Both the position numbers and the translations under genes were made by a program. A model generated the notes under the pieces. It made no database searches. It was not told the DNA's origin and was given only the letters and a program-made list of their open reading frames with translations. From NCBI GenBank assembly GCA_048320885.1, contig JBLWFJ010000001.1, forward strand, positions 5,569,697 through 5,633,696: a stretch of DNA of 64,000 nt. The letters are read 5' to 3'. Shown here piece after piece: positions 1-9,000 of the stretch. How positions within the stretch are numbered: the stretch's first letter is position 1; every line of letters starts with the position of its first letter. This stretch comes from Nannocystaceae bacterium ST9. Its GTDB lineage: Bacteria > Myxococcota_A > Polyangia > Nannocystales > Nannocystaceae.

Positions 1-3000
1 GGTCGCCGCGCGTCGCCGATCGGGCAGGCGGCCAACGCCCGGTCGAGCAAGCTGGTCGCGCGCTCGCGTTGGCCGCTGGCGTGCAGGAGCTCGGCGCAGC
101 GACGGGTCAACGCGACACGATCGGCCTCGTGGGCCGGCGCGCCGACCAGGCCGGGCAGCTCGTCGAGTCGGGGATGATCGAGCAGCGGATCGAGCAGCGG
201 ATCGAGCAGCGGATCGAGCAGCGGGAGCAGCTGCTCGAGCGCGGGCTCGCTGCGGCCGGCCTCGGCCAGCGCGTCGCCGAGCCGGTATTGGAGATCGATC
301 CGGTCGGGCGCGAGCGAGCGCGCGTCGGCGAACGCGTCGGCGGCCAGGCCCGGCTCTCGATCGGCGCGCAGGCGCAGGCCGAGCTCGACGCGGGCGCGCA
401 GGCGGGTCGCGTCGTCGTGGGCGAGCCCGGCCTGTTCGGCGATCTCGTCGAGCACCGTGCTCGACAAGCCACCGATCCGCGCGCCGGCCTGCAAGGCCAA
501 GTCGAGCACCTCGGCCCAGCGCCCGCGCTCGCGCAGCAGGCCGAGCAGGCCCGAGAACGCCTCGCGATCGGCGAGCGCCCGCTCGGTCCGCTCGCGCAGG
601 ATGGCGGCGATCCGCGAGCTCGCGGGCGCCTGGCGGGTGGCGTCGCCGATCCGGCGCTCGAGGGCGGCGAGGCCGGCCGACCAGAGCCGAGCCAGCGCGG
701 ACTCGTGCAGGTCGAGCTCGCGGGCCAGTTCGTCGAGTCGCTCGCAGAGTCGATCGATCAAGGCGCCGAGCTCGGCGTGCTCGTGGGCGAGCCGCTCGAT
801 CAGCGTCGCGTGCAGCGAGGGATCGCCGGGATCGATCCGCGCGGCCGCCAGGGCCAGGCGATCGGCGCGGCTGCGATACGCGAGCCCACCCTCGCGCTCG
901 GCCACGTAGGCCAGGCCGAGCAGCTCGACGATCGGAGCGAGCGCGCCGGCGTCGAGCGCCAGGCTCTCGACCCCGCTCCACCAGGCCGCGACCGCCTTGA
1001 CCGAGTCGTGGGTCAAGGTCGCGCGCAGGGCCGCGATCGCGACGGGCAGTCGCTCGGGCGCGTACTCGCGAGCGACTCGCAGCGCCGAGCGAGCGAGCGC
1101 GCGAGCCAGCTCGGGCTCGCGCGGCTCGTCGATCCGATCGATCAAGCCGAGCAGTCGCTCGGCACACGGTTCGCCGGCCTCGCCGAGCAGGCGCAACATT
1201 CGGCCGACCAGCGCCTGCAAGCGATCGGCCGCGGCTTGCTGATCGAGCGCGAGGATCCGGCGATCGATCTCGGCGAGCTCCTCGTCGACCCGACCGAGCC
1301 CGCGGACCGCCCAGTCGCGCAGCTCGAGCAGCTCGCTGCGCTCGGCCAGCTCGGCGGGCAGGGCCTCGAGCGCGCGCAGGCAGGTGTGCGGATCGTCGAT
1401 CGCTCGCGCGGCCCGGGCGAGCTTCTCGATCATCCGCAGCGGCGGCTCGGCGGGCGGGTTGGCGGACTGCTCGGTCAGCAAGCTGGCGAGCAGCGCGACG
1501 AAGCGACCCTGCTCGCCCGCGCTCGCGCACAGGTCTTCGAGCGCGGCCAGCAGATCGAGCTCGTTGGGGTGACGACGCAGACCGGCGCGCAGCAGTTCGA
1601 AGCCGTCGGCGCGGCGATCGAGGCGGGTCGCGAGCAGCTCGGCCTCGGCCACGTAGGCGCGCGCGGGCAGCCGCTCGTCGAGGGCGAGGCGCAGCTGCTC
1701 GCGGGCCTCGGCCTCGCCCTGCGCCTGGGCGGCGTCTTCGTTCTCGCGCAGCAGCACGCGCTTGCCCTCGCGGGTGACCAGGCGCAGCCACTGCTCGGCG
1801 ACCTCGACGTGCAGACGAGACATCGGCTCGGCCTCGCGGGCGGCCTGGCGAATCGCGACCAGGGCCTCTTCGGGCCGCTCGAGCCGCTCGAAGGCCGAGG
1901 CTCGCTGGCGCAGGAGTTCGGCCCGCTCGATCGCCGCGCCGGCGCTCGGGTGCGCGAGCAGGGTCTCGCTCGCACGCAGCAGCAGCGGGGCGTCGTTGGT
2001 CCGCCGGCCGAGGTCGACCAGCCCGGTCAGCGCGCCCGCGTCGTTCGGATCGATCGCCAGCGCGCGCTCGAGCCAGCGGCGGGCCTGATCGAGCTCGTCG
2101 GCCTCGAGCGCGAAGCGGGCCAGCTCGCGCGCGGGGATCAAGAAGCGCGGATCGTCGGCGGGCAGGCGCTCGGCGAGCTGCCGCCAATGACCGAGCGCGG
2201 CTTCGCGATCACCTTCGGCCAGGCGCAGCTCGGCCAGCTCGAGCCGGGCTTCGAGGCGCTCGGGGGCGAGCCGCAGCAGCTGCTCGAGCAGGGCCGCCCG
2301 CTCGCGGATCGCCGCCACACGATCGTCGGTCTCGGCCGTCGGCTTGCCGAGCAGCGCGAGCAGGCGCTCGAGCTGGGCGACGGTCCGTGCTCGATCGCCG
2401 GCGTGCAGGCCGGCGTGGATGCGGGCGCGCAGCACCTGCTGAAGCCGCGGGCGATCGTCGAGCGCGCGCAGGCTGGCCTCGTAGGCGTCGGCCAGGCGAT
2501 CGTCGTCGGGTCGCAGCGCGTGCGCGCGAGCGTAGAGCTCGGCTCGCTCGCGCTCGTCGCCGGCCAAGCGAGCCGCGCGTTCGAGCCAGGGCAGGCTGTC
2601 TTCGCTGCCGGCCAGGGTCTCAGCGATCTCGCGGGCCAACCCGGCGGCCCGCTGCGACCAGCGGGGATCTTGGCTCGCGCGACCGAGCTCGATCAGCAGC
2701 TTGTGGAGCCGCTCGGCGACGGTCAGCCGCGACTTGAGCTGACGCAGCCGATGGCGGGCGAGATCGAGGAACTCGACCGCCCGCTCGCGCTCGCCGATCT
2801 CCAGGGCGAGCAGGCCACAGCGACGCGCGAGCGAGCCGAGCTGGGCGTGCAGCGATCCTTCGAGCTCGGGCTCGGGCTCGGTCGCCTCGATCTGCGCGAG
2901 CTCGGCCTGCAAGACCTCGAGCAGCGGCGCGAGCTGTTCGAGCGCGGCCGCGGCTCGGCCCGCTCGCTCGAGCGCGCGGCCGTAGCTCAGCTGGATCGTG

Positions 3001-6000
3001 CGATCGTCGGGTCGCAGCGCCCGAGCACGCGCGAGCTGTTCGACCGCGCGGCGCAAGCTGGTGTCGGTCAGCGCTCCGGTGTCGCGCTCGTCGGCCAGCA
3101 CGCGCGCGAGCAAGCTGGTGCCCGCCCGGCCGCGGGCCTCGGCCTCGATGTCGCTGCGCTCGGCCGCCGCCGCGTCGTCGGCGAGCTCGAGCCAGCGCTC
3201 GGGCTCGACCTCGCCGCCGCCGAGCTCGATCAGCTCGACCAGCTCGCTGAACGCCCCGAGCTTGCGCAGGGCCTCGCGCAGGGCGGCGAAGATCGCCGGC
3301 TCGCCGACGTGGCGAGCGGCCAGCTCGCGCAAGAACGCCGGCTGGTCGGCGAGCTCGAGCGTGCCGACCAGGCCGAGCAGGAGTCGGGCCTGGTTGCGCG
3401 CGTCGATCCGGTGGTTGGCGGCCAGGCGATCGAGCCGCTCGAGCGCGAGTCGAAGCTCGCCACCGGGCAGGCGCCGACGCGCGAGCGCGTGCAGGCCCGG
3501 GTGATCGGGGAAGTCGACGCTGGCGCGATCGAGCAGCATCTCGCCGAGCTCGGAGAACCCGGGCAGCTCGGCGATCGCGGCTCGATCGGCGGCCGCGACC
3601 AGCTCGCCGACCCGCTCGAGCGCCCGACGATCGCGGCTGGCCTGCTCGAGCGCCGACGCGGCGAACTGCTGCCACTGGCGACGCAGCGTGGCGACTCGCT
3701 CGCGAGCGCTGCGCTCGTCGGGATCGAGCTCGATCGCGAGCGCCGGATCGCCGACCAGCTCGAGCAGCCCCGCCAACGCGCGCACGCCCAGCGCCAGACG
3801 ATCGGGCGCGTGGCTGTGCAGCAGCTCGAGCGCCGAGTCGAGCAGCCAGACTCGCCGGCGACCGTGCACGTGCAGGCCGGCCGAGCCCGCGAGGTCGATC
3901 AAGCGGGCCGCGCAAGCCTCGATGTCGTGCTCGAGCAGGCGCAGCAGTCGATCGAGCAAGACCGGATCGCCGGCGGCGTCGCTGGCCTCGCCGAGCATGC
4001 GCTCGAGATCGGCGAGCTCGTCCTCGACGCGATCGAGCTTGCGGACCGCCCACACGCGCAGGTCGAGCAGCTCGGGCTCGGCCGCGGCTTGACCCGAGAG
4101 CCGATCGAGCGCGTCGAGGGTCGTGCGGGCGGCCTCGGCCGCGCGGGCCGAGAGCGCCAGCTCGCGCGCCAGCTCGTCGCGCTCGCGCCCGGGCGGCAGC
4201 GCGTCGACGACTCGCCGCTGCGATCGCAGCACGCGATCGCGATGCCGGCCCTGATCGTCGCCGGCCAGGCGCTCGAGTCGAGCGCGAACTCGGCCACGCA
4301 GCTCGCTGGCGCCGAGCGCCTCGCCGGAGGACTGGATCAGCAGGCCCTCGAGCAGCCCGAGCGCCGGATCGAGCTCGCCGAGCTCGATCGAGAGCTCGGC
4401 CTCGCGCAGGGTCTGCTCGCCGCTCAGCTCGGTGCCGAGGGCCAAGCGCAGCTCGGTGCGGGCTGCCAGCTCGCGGCGAGCTCGAAGCGAGGGATCGGCG
4501 TCGGCCAGCTGCGGGTGCGCGAGCAGGTCGAGCCAGCGCTGGGCGAGCTCGCGGTGGCGTTCGCTGCCGGGCTCGGTCGACGCGACCGCCCGCTCGAACG
4601 CCGCGATCGCCTCGAGCGGCTGACCGAGCAGGGCCTGGGCCCGCGCGACGTCGCCTTCGAGCTCGGCGAGCTGGTGGTGATCGAGGCCGGTCGGATGATC
4701 GAGCAGCGCTCGCGCGGCGATCAGCACCTTGCTCGGATCGTCGAGCATGCACGCGAGCGCGTGCCGGCGAGCGAGCGCCTCGGGGTCGTCGGGTCGCAGG
4801 AGCAGCGCCCGCTCGAGCAGGCGATGGGCGTCGAGCAGCTCCGCGGCCTCGTGCCTGCCGGGCGCCGGCTGCAAGCGCTGCTCGGCCAGCCGCTTGGCGA
4901 CTTCGAAGAGCCGGGGATCGTCGTCGCGCAGGCCGGGCTCGGCCAGCGCCCACAGCCGCAGCGCCTCGTGCAGCTCGGCGTGGCGCAGGCGTTGGCCGGC
5001 CAAGGTCATCAGCGCGTCGACGTCGCTCGGATCGAGGCGCAGCAGCTCCTCGTGCAGGGGGATCAACGCGTCGAGCCGATCGTCGAGCTCGCTCTCGTCT
5101 TCGCCGTCGCGCGCGGGCGTCGGCGCACGATCGTGGAGCAGCGCGATCCGGGCTCGCAGCGCGGCGATCCATCCGCTGCGCAGCGGCTCGTCGAGCGTGG
5201 AGGGATCGAGCTCGTCGAGGTCGAGCCCGGTCTGCGCGCGGGCACGACCGCGGAAGCGATCGAGTCGCTCTTGGCCGAGCTGCTCGAGCGCGGGACGATC
5301 GTCGAGCTCGCGCAGGCGAAGCTCGAGCTCGACGAGCAGCGACTCGTCCTCGGGGGCGAGCTCGTGCGCCCGCCCGAGCAGCTCGACCTCGCGTGGACCG
5401 CTCGCGCGCTCGGCCGCCGCGCGCAGCCACATCACCTGGGCCTCGACGTCCTCGAGCTCGGCTGCGCGTGCGCTGGCCAGCTGCACCGCTTCGTCGTCGC
5501 GCTCGAGCGCGACCAGGCTGGCGAAGAGCAGGGCGCTGGTCCGCTCGCGCAGCTCGACCGGCACGCGAGCATGCGCGGCGCTCAACAGCTCGCGGGCCCG
5601 CAGGTGATCGCCGAGCTCGCTGGCCAGCTCGCCGCAGCGCAGCGCCAGCTCGGCGGCTTCGACCCCGGCCTCCGACCAGCGCTGCTCGTCCCAGAGCGGC
5701 AGCAGGCAGGCCAGCGCGTCGCGGGCCAACGAGGGATCGGGCACGAACGCATGGAGGACCGCCTGCGCACGGCCGAGTCGCCAGCGTAGATCGGCGCGGC
5801 GCGGGGCGAGCTCGATCGCCCGGCGGAGCTCGGCGATCGCCCGCTTGGCCAGCTCGGCGTCGACGCTCTGCGGATCGTCGCCGAGCCCGGCGTCGCGCAG
5901 CAGCAGCGATCCGGCCCGAGCGCGCGCACGCACCTCGCTCTCGACGTCGCGATCGTCGGCGGCCGAGCCGGCGATCCGCAACCATGGTTCGACGCCGGCG

Positions 6001-9000
6001 GCCAGCTCGAGCCCGCGCTCGCTGGCCTTGCCGAGCAACCCGAGCAGCTCCGGCCAGCGCCGACGAGCCTGCAGGCGAGCGATCAGCTCGGCGAGCGCCG
6101 GCGGATCGTCGAGCCGGGCCTCGGCCTGCTCGCGCAGCAACCCGAGCGCGGCGGGCTCGTCGACGACCTCGACGACATGCTGCGCGAGCGCTTCGAAGAG
6201 CGCGCCCGTGCTCGCGGCCGGCAGCGAGCGCTCGCGGATCAGCGCGTTCAGCCAGGCCGCCGCGCGGGCGATCGTCGCCGCGTGCGGCTGAGCGTCGTCG
6301 ACGACCAATTGCTCGGCGGCGCAGCGCAGCCACAGCGCTCGGATCAGGCGCGCGTCGGAGGGGTTGGCGATCAGCCGCTCGCGCAGCAGCGCGTCGGTCC
6401 GCTCGCGCAGCTCGGCGTGCTCGAGCTCGCCGGCCAGCGCGAGCAGGCGCTCGAGCGTGGCGATCTCGCCCTCGGCCGCGATGACCTGCTCGAGCGCCGG
6501 CCAGCGGGCGAGCAGTCGCTCGCGTGCGCCGTGGCGAGCGAGCAGGGTCAGAGCGTCGAGCGCGAGCTCGATCGTCGCGATCCCATGCGGACTCAGCAGC
6601 TCGAGTGCGGCGTCGGCCAAGCTGGCCGCGACCTCGCGCTCGGCCTGCTCGGCGAGCGCCAGCAAGCGGCTCGCGCTGGCTCGCCGATCCTCGTCGTGCA
6701 GCGCGAGCAGGCGCGCGACCAGGCCCTCGCGCCGCGCACTCGCGAGCCCGGGCGCGAGCAGGCGGGCCTCGACGCTGGCCTGCTCCTCCTGGACCCGACC
6801 CAGCCGACGGATCGCCCACTCGCGCAGCTCGGCCAGCTCGCCGCGCTCGACTCGCTCGGGCTCGAGTTGGTCGAGTCCGAACGCGACGGTCGCCGGATCT
6901 TCGAGCGCGCGCCCGAGCTCGATCGTCAGCATCGCCGCCGCGTCGCCCTCGCGGGCGCGCGAGCGATCGCCGAGCGCCACTCGCAAGCTGCGGGCCGCCC
7001 GAGTAGCGAGCTCGGTCCACTCGCCGGTCGCTCGCCGACTGGCCAAGAGCTCGCGCAAGGCCGCGATCGCCCGCGGCTCGATCGTCGGAGCGCCGAGCAG
7101 CGCTTCGAGCCGCTCGATCGCCTGACCTGGACGATCGAGCGCGCGCGCCAGCAGATCGATCTCGGCCAGCCGCTCGTCGAGCTCGAGCTCGACGCCCGGG
7201 GTCTCGCGCAGCACGGCCCGCGCTCGCGCCTGCGCGGCGAGATCGTCGAGCGCCAGGCCGACGCGCAGCCACGCTCGGTTGCCGGCCTCGCGCTCGCGCG
7301 AGCGGACCAAGCCGGGGCTCAGTCGCTCGGCTCGCGCGAACGAGTCGAGCGCGGCCCGACCCTGGTTCGGATCGCCCTCGCGTTCGAAGAGCCGGGTCAG
7401 CGCGCGCGCGCGGGCCAGCTCGAGCGTGGCGCGGTGCTCGTCGGACTCGCCGGCGTCGAGCAGCGCGAGCTGGGCCGCGACGGCCTCGGACGCGAGCGTG
7501 GGATCGTCGATGTCCTGGGCGACCTCGGCGAGCAGCGCGAGCGCGTCGCGATGGCTGGGATCCAGTCGCAGCGCTCGCTCGACCAACCCGTGTGCGAGCT
7601 CGGGCTCGCTGGTGTCGAGCGCGTGGCGAGCCAGCGCCAGCGCCGGTCGCAAGAAGCGAGGATCGTCGGCGTCCAGGCGCTCGCCCGCGACCGTCCACAG
7701 CTGGCGTGCTTGCTCGTGATCACCCTGCTCGTCGCGCAGGTTGCCGAGGATCAGCAGCGCGGTCGTGTGCTCGGGCCGCAAGACCAGCAGATCCTCGAGC
7801 AGCTCGGCCAACTCGTCGCGCCGGCGATCGAGGGCCTCGTCCTGCTCGACCACGCCGATCAGTCGCTCGAGCAGCTCGGCGCGCAGGGCCGGATCGGCGC
7901 GTCGCTCGATCTGCCCGCGCAGGTGCAGCTCGAGTCGCTCGATCTCGCCGCGCTCGCGCAGCGCCTGCTCGAGCTCGTCGGCCAGCGCGAGGTCCTCGGG
8001 GCGCAGCTCGACCGCGCGCTCGAGCAGCTCGATCCGCGTGCTCGGCAGCCCGTCGACCGGCTGGTCGAGCTGATCGAGGCGCTCGACCCCGGCCTCGTCG
8101 AGCACCCGAGCCGCGCGCGCGAGCCAGGCCCCGAGCCGCTCGTCGGCGTCGTCGCGACCGAGCAGCCCGCTCGCGTGCTCGAGCGCGATCGCCAGCGCGC
8201 GCGCGTCTTCGGCCAGCTCGCGCAGGGCCACGAAGGTCTGCTCGGCGATCGCCTCGCGCAGCGCCGGATCGACCAGCTCGGGATCGGCCTGGGCCAGCTC
8301 GCGCTCGCAGGTCGCGAGCAAGTCGGCGGCCTGCTCGAGCTCGCCGACCTCGCGCAAGAGTCGAGCGAGGCGCAGGCTCAGCTGGCCGCGCTCGCTCGGC
8401 GTGGCCCGGGCGTCGTCGTCGAGCAGCGCCTGCAGCTGCGGGATCGCGTGCTCGGGCCGAGCGAGTCGCTCGTAGCAGTCGGCCAGGGCCGCGCGCAGCT
8501 CGAGGCGATCGGGGGCGAGCAGCAGCGCGCGCTCGAGCTGCTCGCTGGCCTCGGCCAGCTCGCCGCGGGCCAGCAGCGTCCGACCCAGGCGGGCGCGGGC
8601 GTGCAGCTCGGTCGCTCGCTCGCGCAGCCGGACCGCGGCCTTGGCCAGCCGCGCCAGACCTTCGCGATCCTCGTCGTCGAGCAGCTGCTCGATCTGCGCG
8701 AGGATCTTCTCGGGCCGATCGAGCTCGTCGACCGCCGCCCACAGGTCGGCGAGTCGCTCGTGGATCCGCAGGGCCTGGGCCGCGCGTTCGACCAGCGCCT
8801 CGCCGCGTCGCTGCCCGCGAGCGTGGACGATCAACAAGTCGAGGATCCGCGCGCGGTCGGTCGGCGGAGCCAGCTCGAGCGCGGCCTCGAGCACGTCGAG
8901 CACCCAGGCTCGCTTGCTGGCCCGCTCGCCGAGCGTGCCGCGATCGAGCGACTCGCCCGACGTCGGGATCGCGCCGGCGACCGAGCGCAGGCTCTCCCAG

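Noticed and set aside
177-224. Possible CRISPR array (regular short repeats)
   Set aside because: Units are contiguous 12-mers without spacers, inside a coding frame; no other repeat-spacer arrays seen anywhere in the window
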